Assembly: GCF_963921235.1 (NCBI RefSeq)
Contig: NC_086097.1
Coordinates: forward strand, 75,270,001 to 75,334,000
DNA length: 64,000 bases
Direction of reading: 5' to 3'
Source of the DNA: Mobula hypostoma
Lineage: Eukaryota
The notes under the pieces were generated by a model. The model was not told where the DNA came from. It did no database searches and saw only the letters and a list, made by a program, of their open reading frames with translations. Every line of letters begins with the position of its first letter. Positions within the stretch are counted from its first letter, which is position 1. This document shows, one piece after another, positions 38,036 through 50,155 of the stretch. The position numbers and the translations under genes are program-made.

Positions 38036-38509
38036 TTGTCATTATTTTGACTTTTTCATTTATATATTGGTTTAATGCGTCTTAATATACTTTTCAAGTT
38101 ATAAGAAATATTTAAGTTTATTTTTATTAATTTATGTAATGGAATTTTAATAGCCTTCAGATGTCTCTATACATCAGAGACATTTTTAAAACTCTTGCAA
38201 AGCTTCACAGAATTTGACAGCAGGTGAAGTTCTTCCTTCAACCATTCCAACTTGCTTCAACTTAAGGTTGATTTTCAGGGCATTCCAGGGTGTTGGTCCT
38301 TGGCAGCATACTGGCCTGATTTGCCATTGAGGTTCTGCTACACCTTGATTGGCACTCTGGGATCAGGAGCCCCAGATAAGGAGACTCATGCATTCATACA
38401 ATGTTGGTGGGGATGAAACCAGGTAATTCTGAGGATGGAGCAGGCCTTTGTGTTCAGTTGGATAAATAACATAAGAAAATGGAAGCGGAAATAAGCTACT
38501 CATCCCCTC

Positions 38510-39230
38510 AATGAGGGAATGGCGAACACTTAGCGATGAAGTATTAACCAGTTTAAAAATTTCATTCCAAGTTTCCTCAGATAGTGATGTCTGTAAATCT
38601 TGTTCCCAGAGATTCTTAATTTTGTCTAAAGGAACATTCCTTGTCTCCAGTAACATACCATAAATATTAGATATTGAACCATTATGAAAAGGTGTCAAAT
38701 TAAAAATTACATCCAGTAAGTTCTAGTCTGAGCTTATAGGAAATGTGCATAATTGAGATCTTAGGAAGTCTCTGATTTGTAGATATCTAAAAAAGTGAGT
38801 TTTGGGTAAGCTATATTTAGCTGACAATTGCTCAAATGAGAAAAGATTTCCTCCAACAAACAGATCCCAAAAACATTTAATACCCAACCTGTCCCATTCT
38901 TTAAAAACTAAATCAGTCATGGAGGGTTAGAATAAAAATTAGAATAAATGGGACTAGAAAGGGAAAATCTCAATAAACCAAAATATTTTCTAAATTGTAT
39001 CCAGATTTTCAGAGTATGATTAACTATTAAATTATCAGTTAGTGTACTTACAAATAAAGAAAGTGAGGATCCAAGAAGAGAAATAATAGAAAATTTATTA
39101 ACAGAGTTAGCTTCTAAAGAAACCCGTACCCGACAGTCTACACTACATTAATATAATATAGCCAAAACGTAAGATATCGTATATTAACTGCCCAGTAATA
39201 AAACCTAGGTAAGGCTAAACCTCCAGACCT
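38510..39230 (-). mobile_element. L1-clade LINE ORF2 C-terminal fragment
   Basis: GGLALP.RFYYWAVNI near 39180-39225; FKEWDRLGIKCFWDLF...SFEQL...FFRYLQIRDF; WEQDL...EETW. Confidence 0.85.
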
Positions 39231-40522
39231 ATTTAACTATATAAATGCAGACATTGCAAAAGTCACAGCAGAAATTCAAATTATGATTTAACAACCAAAT
39301 TCTTTTCATAAGACTTTTCTCTCTAAATTTTCTTTTCAGAGATGACATTCCCTATGCTTTCCTTTCCTTATTATAACTTTTCTTTTCATTTTGACTTTAT
39401 AAGGATGTTTTGATTGCTCTTTGCTACAGAATTAAACATTGTAACATATTATCCACCATGAAATATGAATTGTAATATATTTAATCACTTTTATTTATGT
39501 AACCAAGGCAGGCATGATTCCATTTTAATAAATTTTGGAACACCAATGTGACGAATCTAACAGGATTGACTCATTACAAAACATGGAGATGAAGATTTTT
39601 TTCATATAATTTCTTTTGAAAATCGTGTTCTCTTAAATCTAGCATATATGTTTCCCTTGGGAGAACATTGTATCATCAAGCCATAATACTTGGATCACAC
39701 CGGGATTAAAAACTCATCCCTCTGGCTGGAAATACCCATATTGTTGCATTGTTAATGGGTACTTTGTGTTTTGTTTGAAATGACCTGTAAATGCAGCCGT
39801 ATGTCTCTCAGCAGAAGTGGATACCTGCTTCACGGGCAGGAGACTATATATTCAGAGCAACAGCTCAAATTGTCAATGAGATTAATGAGTACTGTAGATT
39901 AAGATGTGAAATTCTTCTGGCAGGTGTCTAGAATGGACTGGAGATACCTGCCACAAAGTGTAAATGCTGATATTCATTAATACTGTAATTTCACCTTGAT
40001 GGAAGAATAAACCCAGATGTTCACTCTCAAAGGCCACATTCAATATAAAGACCCGTATTTGTATGTTCTCATTATCATTTTAACCATACGCTTCACAGCT
40101 GTGTTTTTTTATTATTTCAATCAACGTCTGAGGACATTGGTAAGGGCTATTCATCATCATAATTCATAAAATATTAACTGAAAGTGAGTTGTTCCCATGT
40201 ACAATGCTTTTTTTTTGCATTTTTGTGTAAATATCCAAAGCTTGTAACATTTTTCTTAATGCCCAGTGAAGACAAGGAAGAAAAATACAGGCCAAAGACT
40301 TCTGCTAAAGTTTATGTTGTTTATGCATAAATCAGGCAACCACATAACTTGCAAGCTAGAATGATTCTTAATTTAAAGGGATTGGACAAAAATTGGTTAG
40401 ACATATTAATAACATGCTAAAATGCCATTGTGCACTTGATTCACACCAGTTTCTTGCAATGCTTTGGGAGACCAATCTTCTTGGGCACAAAAAGTGCAAG
40501 GTATCAGAGTGTGATAGATTTA

Positions 40523-41520
40523 TGTCAGGTCTGCACAGGCAGGCACCTCCCAGTCTCCACCCAGCCAACAGCAATCACCTGCAACTCTTTTCCTACTCAT
40601 CACCTGCAGCCTATTTAAACCCAGTTCTCATTCACAGTCCTTTGTTCACAAATTGAACTGGTCAGCTTCAAGCAGTTGCTCCTACCCTTCAGTTGCCTTG
40701 TCATGTTAAGTATCTGTACTCTCTTGTTTTATGGTACCGCATGGCTTGTTATTTTGCAGTTTATTTGCAAAACATTGTTTCCCGCTAAAATATCTCCTGC
40801 TCTGCTTTTGGGTCAAGCTTCCTCTACTGACAGGATGGATGAACCTACAATTAATCCAAGAGAGTACACTCACCTAAAGGAAGTCATCCATTGACCGGAA
40901 CACCTAATCCCAAGGTGGCCCTCTTCATTGCCCTTCCCCAATTTCTGTCAGCCACAGCGACGACAGACCTGGTTCTCCAATAAGTAGTTTGTCTCCATGG
41001 CTTCCCTCAAGAGATTATGTTGGACCAGGGGCCATAATTTCCACATCTGGAGAGCCTTCTGTTCCTTCCCCTGTACCTCAGTGGGTTTGTCTTCTGGCTA
41101 TCATTTGCAGAGCCATGGTTAATCAGAAAGAGACAATCAGCAAGTGGAAAAACTTCTATAATGCTTCACTGCCTCTAACCCTTCAAAATGGAAGAAGTGC
41201 CTGCTCTGGGCCAAACTTTCCAACAATCTACACACCTCCTCTGCCATAGGTATGTCACCCTTTGAAGTGTCTCATGGCTACCAACCTGCATTGTTCCCCA
41301 TGAAGGAGTCAACAGTGGAGGTCCCATCCTCCAAGGCCCTGACCTGTTGATGTCAGAATGCTTTGAAAAGGGCATGAAGGGCCATCTGAGCTCTCAACCA
41401 CACCTACTGCCACCAGACTAGCCACCTTTGGTGCCTAACCAGACTACTCCACCCTGGGGACCATGTCTGGCTACCCATCCAATATTTACCCCTGCACACC
41501 GACTCCTACAAGCTCGCACC
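40523..41520 (+). mobile_element. Ty3/Gypsy (Sushi-like) 5' LTR (40523-40832) plus decayed internal sequence
   Basis: A 310-bp TGTCAG...CTGACA unit with TATTTAAA, a second copy at 22408-22715, followed by gag-like NPREYTHLKEVIH. The subfamily call is inference. Confidence 0.65.
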
Positions 41521-41624
41521 CTGGTTCATTGGTCCCTTTGAGATTACCTATTGCTTCAACTCAGTTACTTGCTATCTCTATAAGACCACCACTCAGGTTC
41601 CTCCACTCCACAGAAAACCATTCC

Positions 41625-42200
41625 ATGCTGTACAGGTTCTGCTTATAACTCAAACCTTCCAGTCTTAGCAACATCCTTGTCAAACTTCTCAAAAACCTTA
41701 TAGCTTAATATGGTAACCAGAACAGCACACAAGTTTCCAGATGAAGTCTCACCAAAGTTCTATAGAACTGAAATATGAAGTCCCAGCTCTTGTACCTAAT
41801 GCCCCATCTGATGAAGGAAAGCATGCCATACACTTTCTTCACTATTTTCAGAGATAAATGTACTTCTACCACTGAGTCTCTGTGCAAGCCCTGTCCTGAT
41901 TTAACTTCGCAAACTGCATTGCTTGACAGTTGTCTGAGTTAAATTCCATCTGCCTTTCCTTTGCCCAATTTCCTAGTTGATCCTGTTGTGACCTTAGACA
42001 GTCCTCTTTACTATACACCAAACTCCAATCCTGGCATCATCTTCAAACTTTCTAATCATGCCACCTATATTCACATTCGAATCGTTAATATATCTGACAA
42101 ACAACTGGGGCCCATCGCTGATCCCTGCAGCACACCACAGATCACAAGCTTCCAGTCTGAAAAGTACTCCCCTGACTCAACACTCTGACTCCTTTTACCA
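41625..42200 (-). mobile_element. CR1-like RT fragment
   Basis: ORF 41705-41887 (FYRTLVRLHLETCVLFWLPY); minus-strand GVLQGSAMGP near 42110-42136. Confidence 0.85.
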
Positions 42201-42835
42201 AGCTTGAATTTCCCAAAGAACTAATTCCTTGCTTCAAATGTTAGACTTCAATTGCAATGGCCAAAAGTGGGAGATAAGTATCCTTAACAGATAACTGAGC
42301 AGCATAGTGGAGGGTAAAACATTGAAGAGGACACAACCTTTCTTATAGATAAAGGACGAATTTCCCTCTGTGGTCATGGAAGCTCATGGTCCATCGAAGA
42401 TGATTTGATAGGTAATTTTAATGGCAGATTTTCCATGACCTCGAAGGCAAGAAAGGGCTCTTTAACTTATGCTCAAGCTTTTCTTGTCAAAGTTCCTACA
42501 ATGCCTTCAGCATCTAGCCACACATCCAAAGTACTATGTCTATTTATTAACATTGCCCATGATGGTATTTTGCATAGGCATACTGCAAGCAAACAATCAG
42601 CAGAAGTTCAGGCAAAGTGGGTGTACAGGGAGTCATCGTTCATCAACCTGCAAATTTACAATCAGAGGAGGTCACGGCAACATGGACTACTCAACTCTAT
42701 TGTGTGTGTGCCAACAGTGGCAATCTTCTCTACTGTTGAGTAGATGTATCTCAAGTAGAAGGCCAACAGTCAATAGATTGCAAGGGCGATGTCCTGTGCA
42801 GGGAGACACAACATTAATACAAGACTTGCCCAACT

Positions 42836-43669
42836 AGAGGGCGGAGCTTAGGAGGACAATGGCTCCTAACGGTGATTCCTTTGCTTACATCTTCTGAAAC
42901 AGCTCCATTTCTATCTTTAATATCACTATTTGTCCCTCTCAGGGTTCCTCTGAAGACCCTGGCCTGGAGTTACACACTAACTTCGGTTCTTTGCGGAAAT
43001 AGGACCTGCTCCTGGGGTCTCACAATTGGCCGCTATTCAATATGCCAAGGACGTGGCCTAGCAGATTAGCACGCCTTCAGGGTTCTGAGATTTTGTGGCT
43101 CTGGAGGTGGGGAGATTCAAGGTCAGTGCCGCCATGGAAAACCGGTGCAACATGGGAGACGGAAGATTGAAAGCAGCAAGCTGGCTGCTGGTTATGTGCC
43201 CAGAGACCTGTGTTCTTTAGGCACAGAGCTCGGAAGAAGTGACGCAACAGACTTTTAACACCATAAATCAATGAGTTGTTTTGTTATATCTCCCCTCTCG
43301 CTGTGAAATGGGGACACCTATTTTTCCCTTATTAGGGAGAAGGAGAGTCTGTGGTATGTCGAATACCAGGTGAACAAGTAGTCTTTGGGGTACCGCAAGT
43401 CTGTGTCTTTATTGATGCTTTGTTGCACGCTTGAGTGCTCTGTGGGGGGTGCCATTGTTTTTCTGCTGGTGGTGAAAGTGTGGGGGTCGTTGCTTTCCTG
43501 CTGGTCATGCGTGGGAGGGGGGAGCTGGGGGGGGCTTTGGGCTTCTAACATTTAGCTGTCATTCATTCTTTGGGGCATTCCTCTGTTTTTGTGGATGTTT
43601 GTGAAGAAAAAGAATTTCCGTATGTATATTGTGTACATTTCTCTGACATTCAATGTACCGATTGATTGA
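42836..43669 (+). mobile_element. Second GC-rich non-autonomous retroposon
   Basis: Abrupt GC/CpG-rich start (AGAGGGCGGAGC...ACAATGGC), LINE-like 3' end (TATGTATATTGTGTACATTTCTCTGACATTCAATG) and (ATTG)n tail; no credible ORF. Confidence 0.55.
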
Positions 43670-44659
43670 AAATGTTCCATTTGCTAAGCACTGTGAGTAA
43701 GGGGTGGGTGAAAGTTGGCAACAAGTTGTCCTGGAAGGAGAAAAGAAAGTTTGGCCTCAAGAAGTTCAGCTTTGTTAGTCCCCAACCTCCAAGGCAAGTG
43801 GCAGCAGAGAAATAGTCTGGAGATTGGAGATTGATTTGTGGTGATGGGCAAAATATGGTGGTTTGATCCTAAAAACTGAATCAATTAAAAAAAATACCAC
43901 TTTTCAATCCTCTGCCTTCAATCTCATTACTTGAGGAGGTACATAATGACATGCAGTAGAAATAGATTATAGATTTATTCAATGTACATGAAAACTTCAT
44001 AAATGGTGTGCCATGATATAAAATTGATTGTTATATGTATGTACTTTAAAGTGAAAAAGCCTGGAAGATTATTCATACATTTCTTTTGCTTTTCCAAAGT
44101 TTTTATATTTAACGAAAAATAGGATATTTTTTCACTTCTCAGATACAAGAATGTAGAAGTATTTTAATAAATATTGGTTAGAAACTACTCAAATGTGAGA
44201 TATTTTGTCACAATTCTGGTAGCACTTCTAATACTAGATCACTTTCCATCAATAAAATTTTCACAAACTGAATATCACCAGAGGTGGATAGAGTTTGCTT
44301 TTTAACAGATACAAGGGTCTCAGGCTTGACTTTCCAGATGATTTGATCTCATTGCCAGCCTCAATTGATGGAAGAATTGCTGTTAAGTGTACAACACAAC
44401 TGTATTTGGGTGTTATTTCCAGGAAATATTGAAACCCTTTATGATTATGATCAGTATTATCTATACAATCTTGACAAATTTAACTTGTCTACAGCAATGC
44501 TCACACTATAATCCTTCAGAGTCCCTCCAAGCTGTGCAAATGGATGAAAAAAGACGTAGCTGGTTGAATTCTTGTCTGAGTAGTTGGAGTCAGAAAATGG
44601 CAATCATTATTATGATATTATTTTCTAACACCTTGTTACATGACTTCAGTGACAATTAT

Positions 44660-45590
44660 ATGACCATAAGACATAGAAGCAGAATTAGGCCATTCAGCCA
44701 ATCAAGTTTGTTCTGTCATTTTATCATTGCTGATTTATTATGCATCTCAGACTCTTTCTCCTGTTTTCTCCCTGTGAAATTTGACACAATAACTAATCAA
44801 GAGCCTATCAATCTCCACTTTAAATGTACCCAATGACGGCCTCCACCGCCTTTGTGGCAATAAATTCCACAAATTCACCAACCTCTGGCTGAAGAAATTC
44901 CTCCTTATCTCTGTTCTAAAAGGATGCCCTTCTTTTCTGAGGCTGTGCCCTTTGGACCGAGACTCCCCACTACAGTAGACGTCTTCTCCACGCCCACTCT
45001 CTCTAGGCCTTTCAATATTCGACAGGTTTCAGTGAGATCCCTCTCCATTTTCCTAAACTCCAGAGAGTACAGGCACAAAGCCAACAAGCACTCCTTATAC
45101 ACTAATCCCCTCATTCCTGGAATCATTCTTGTGAGCCTCCTTTGGATCCCCTCCAGTGCCAGCACATCCTTTCTTAGATACGCAGCCCGAAACTGCTCAC
45201 AATACTTCAAGTGCAGTTTGACCAGTGCCTTATAAAGCCTCAGCACTACATCCTTGCTTTTTATAATCTAGTCCTGAATGCTAACATTGCATTTGCCTTC
45301 CTTACCACCGACTTAATCAGCAAGTTAAATTTTGGGGAACTTCTGCATGAGGACTCCCAAATCCCTTTTCACCTCTAACTTCTGAATTCTATCCCTATTT
45401 ATAAAATAGTCTATGGCTTTATTCCTTCTACCAAAATGCATGACTATATACTGTACTTCCTACACTATAACACTGAGCCCTGCGGAATGCCACTAGTCAC
45501 TGGCAGCCAACCAGAAAAGGCTCCGTTTATTCCCACTCCTTGCCTCCTGCCAGTCAGCCAATCTTCTCTCCTTGCTAGTGTCTTCCCTGT
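44660..45590 (-). mobile_element. CR1/HER1-like LINE 3' fragment
   Basis: ORF 44905-45246 (LRLYKALVKLHLKYCEQF...YLRKDVLALEGIQRRLTRMIPG). Confidence 0.92.
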
Positions 45591-47260
45591 TATGTTTGAG
45601 TATAACCCTGGTTGGTGACTTGGAAAGTTTTGCCATATTAAAGTTACTGTTTATTTATAAGATATCATGTGATGAATGCATTATATATTAAATTGAAGTC
45701 CAGAAATTGTGTTACTTAAGGTAATTTTGTTGTTTTGCAGTTCAGTTTTCCATAGGATGAAAAACTTTTCTGAAAGCCAATGTAAGAGTAGGCACCATAT
45801 TAACTGGGCTCATTGTGACCTCCTGGACTAATTTTGATTGGATAAATAGGCCAGAAAGGTATTTCCTATATATTTATCATAAATTAGTCTGCATTTTTAA
45901 AATTTCTTGTCAAGTGCTCAAAAGAGAATTAGCTGAAAAACTCGAGGTTAAATTTTTCAAGGCTGCCGTGAGATTAACAGGAGTGTGCTTTTAAAGAAAT
46001 AAGCCCAAACCATGGACCTAATGTCTTAGCTCTCTGCTTCTCATTCAATGATAATAGGACTCCAGTTAAGCAGAGAATGTCCACAGTTTGAATTGCAAAA
46101 CAATACAGTGATATTAGTCAGGCTATATGAATCAGTGGGTATATCCCTGACTGTTTTCTCTGGCTTGCATATCACTTGTTAAGTTGTTTCTGCAATTGAC
46201 TGATCATTTATGGAATGAGTATCTTAAAGAAATTCAAAAGCCCAAAAATAAAATCAGATTGGAGTAAAAAAGCATAAAATGACATGCATCCAATTACAGA
46301 GTACTTAACTTTGAATTTGAAACATTGATGTGATAAATAAATCTGAAATCTGAGTTGCTATAAATTATAATAAATTAACTGTTAGTGGAATGAGGAATGG
46401 GGTTATGGTACACCATATTTAGAAATCATTACAACTACTTTTGTTCAGTAATGTGAAGACTTCTTTCTAATTATAATGAACATAATATTTATACCATACA
46501 GTGACTTTGAATGATTTGTGTTTGCATAATATAATTTGCGGTACTCATAGCTATCTTGATTTAGTACATTTGATGTGGCACCATTTTGAAGTAAGGCATT
46601 TCACACCAAAGATCTAAGATGAAGGGGTGGCCAATTGTAGCTAGCCAAGGCATGTTAATTGGACAGTAATGTGAACTGTCCTTGTGTTACCAAGACAGCA
46701 TTGTCAGCTAAGCATTAATAGACTCCTCTGCTAGATGATGGCTAGGAACTCTTGTAAACTGATCACAACATTAATAAGTATTATATGATGATATGCCAGC
46801 GAATGTTCTATCTTTTTGCATTCATGGTCAATTTATATACATATGGTATGAAAGAAGTCCTAATGAACAATATCACCTATTAAAGATGGATTACATCTTG
46901 ACTTCCAATTTCATAACCCTTCAGAAAGCTGTTTTACCGGTGCTAAAATCTGTCATCAGAATTTCCCTCACATCCATGAGATGAATCACACTTACGAATA
47001 CCAATTTTGCTTATAACTAATTAAGTACATTGCAATAAATGTGCACAAGAAGTTATTATAAAATTGCTATAAAACTGTTTTATAATTGTCAAACTACATA
47101 GATCAGCACAGTTTATTTGAATGAATGCCTGAGGGCTATTTGTTTTGTATGTAATACTCAGATCCACTCTCGTCCATTTGAAGAGTGTGTAGGCAAGGAC
47201 ACATGAGCTCAAAGCTTCTTATTACAGGAATTCTAATCGTGACTCCCTGGAACTTTCTAG

Positions 47261-50155
47261 AAAGCTCAAAGCAAATTTATTATTGAAGTACATATATGCC
47301 ACTATATACAACCCTGAGATTCATTACCAAAATAGAATAATAACTGTAATAGAATCAGTGAAAAAATGCATCAGTTTGAGCATTCACCCAGTGTGAAAAA
47401 GACGACAAACTTTGCAAGTATAAAAAGAAAGAAATAATAATAATAAATAAATAAATAACACACATCGAGAACATGAGATGAAGAGTCCTTGAAAGTGAAT
47501 CCATAACTCGTGAAAACATTTCAATGATGGGCAAGTGAAGTTGAGTAAAGTTATCCCCTTTGCTTCAACAACCTGATGATCAAGGGGTAATAACTGTTCC
47601 TGAACCTGGTGGTGTGGGTGCTGAGGTTCCTGTACCTTTTTCCTGATGGCAGCAGAGAGAAGGGAGCATGTGCTGCTTGGTGGGGGGTGGTGTCATGATG
47701 GTGGATGCTGCTTTTTGGCGACAACGTTTCATGTAGATGTGCTCAGTAGTGGGGAGGATTTTACCCATGATGGATGGGGCATATCCACTACTTTTTGTAG
47801 GATCTTCCGTTCAAGTGCATTGGTGTGTCCATATCAAGATGTGATGCAGCCAGCCAATGTACACTCCACTACACATCCATAGAAATTAGTCAAAGTTATA
47901 GGTGTCATGCCAAATCTTAGCAAACTCTAAAGGAAGTAGAGACACTACCATGCTTCCTTATGTGCTGAGCACTGGACGGGTCCTCCAAAATAACAACACT
48001 GAGGAATTTAAAGTTGCTGACCCTTTCCACCTTTGATCCTCCGATGGGGACTGGCTTATGGACACCTGGTTTCCTTCTCCTGAAGTCAGTAATAAGCTCC
48101 TTGGTCTTGCTGACAGTGAATAAGGGGTTGTTGCTATGGCACCATTCAGCCAGACTTTCAATCTCCCTCCGACATGCTGATTCATCACCACCTTTGATTC
48201 AGCCTGCAACACTGGCGTCGTCAGCAAACTTGAATATGGCATTGGAACTGTCCTTAGCCACACAGTCAAAAGTGCGAAGTGAATAGAGCAGGGGCTTAGC
48301 CCACAGCCTTGTGGTCACTTGAGCTGATGGTGATCATAGAGGAGATATGGTTGCCGGTCCGAAATGACTGGGGTCTGCAGGTGAGAAAATCGAGGATCCA
48401 ATTGCACAAGGTGGTATTGAGGCCGAAGTTTTGGAGCTTATTGATTAGATTTGGGGGGAATGATAGTATTGAATGCTGAGCTGTAGTCGATAAAGTGCGT
48501 CCTGATGTATGCATCTTTGGTGTTCAGATGTCCAGGGTTGAGCGAAGAGCTAATGAAATGGCATCTGCTGTGGATCTGTTACTCTGGTAGGCAAATTGGA
48601 GCAGATCCAAGTCATTTCTCAGACAGGAGTTGAGCTATTTCATCACCAACCTCTCAAAACACTTCATCACAGAGGAGGTGAGTGCTACTGGACGATAGTT
48701 ATTGAGGCAGCTCACCATGTTTTTCTTAGGCACCGGTAGAATTGAAGCAGGTGAGTACTACAGACTGCCGAAGCGAGAGATTAAATCAGCCAGGTGATCA
48801 GCAAGGGTTTTTAGTACTTGCCCAGGTACCCCACCTGGATTGGATGCTTTTCGTGGGTTCACCCTCCTAAAGGCTACTCACACATCGGCCTCAGAGACTG
48901 AAATCACAGGATCATTGGGAGCTATAGGAGTATTCCTCCATTGTTCCTCCATGTTTTGGCAGTCAAAGCTAGCATAGAAAGCATTGAGCTCATTTGGCAG
49001 TGAAGCCCAGTTGTCTCCCGTTTTACTTGATTTACATTTGTTAGAGCTGATAGTGCGCAAGCTGTGCCACAACTGTCGAGCATTCTTCATTGATTCAAGT
49101 TTAGTCCAGAATTGCCACTTCCCTCATGGGATGGCTTTCTAGACATCATACTGTTACATACCTCATGGGTATCTTGTGACTGTCTTATGACCATGATGTA
49201 ATTGAGTATCTTGTGAGCCTGATGTAATGGTCTTGTGATGGTGGGATGATGTAATTTTCCGGCCAGTGTGAGGTCACGTGATGACATGTTCTCAACAGGT
49301 ATGTAAAGGGGAACCCTGTTGTGACACAGTTAGTTTCAGTTTAGTTTTAGTTTAGTTTGTCAGTTACTCCGTTATGCTGCATATTCATCTCATGACACAG
49401 TTTAGTTTTAAAACGGAGTTTTACTTTCTATTTTAAGGTGCAAAGATTGGTACTGGAAGTTTCGCCAATCGCTGCCAGTTTTGGGTGTTGCACCTAGGAT
49501 TTTTCCTTTGCAGTAGTACTGGAGAGTGAAGACCTTACTAAAGTACGAGAACTTGAAGGATCGAATAAAGTTGGAGTCGTTTGGCAGTTTTATGAAGGAT
49601 CAACCTTATTGAGTCTTTGTTCAGAAATAGTGACCTGTATCTGAGATAACTCCTGCAAGAGCAGGAAAGTTTGTGCAGTGTTCACTCGTCAGGAAATGAT
49701 CAGTTCCTTTAAGCCGTTTTATTTCCTTTGTCGTGAATCCTTTGGAGAATCAGCAGTAACATCACGTCTTCAAAGAAATCTGTTTCCAGAGAAGTTTCTT
49801 CTTATTGACTGTGTAAATCACTTGAATTTTCGAATTTACCATTTTAAGACTTTCAAATTTACCACTTTAAGAATTGTTTTCGAATTTACCCTTTTAAGAA
49901 CTGTTCCAGAGTTGCTGTATAGCAGTTAACTTCCGGTTAAGTTAGTCATTTGAATACCTTTCGCTATTGTTGAGCAGAGTTTAATAAATGTTTATGTTTG
50001 TTTATAAAACTTGACTCAGTTCTATATTCATTGTTGCTGATGCCGTAACAATACCTGTACCTCTTGTAACTTTCTTGGTCACCAGACTTAAATGCCTCTT
50101 ATCTGGCCCTCAGCAGATTTTGGATCTCCTGGTTCATTCGAGGCTTCTGGTTGGG
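47261..50155 (-). mobile_element. Rex1/Babar-like LINE (RT region) split by a solo LTR
   Basis: Minus-strand RT motifs [29 protein letters not shown]; after the LTR it resumes as PNQKPRMNQEIQNLLRAR (50051-50155). Confidence 0.9.
49152..50050 (+). mobile_element. Solo LTR (899 bp), probably Gypsy-type
   Basis: TGTTAC...GTAACA termini, 4-bp TSD ATAC (49148-49151, 50051-50054), AATAAA at 49983. Confidence 0.9.

Noticed and set aside
42405..42837. Two overlapping ORFs of 112 and 122 aa
   Set aside because: Neither peptide is recognisable; cannot be distinguished from chance or old repeat sequence.
44387..44836. 149-aa ORF
   Set aside because: The 3' part is antisense CR1 UTR; no recognisable domain or splice context.
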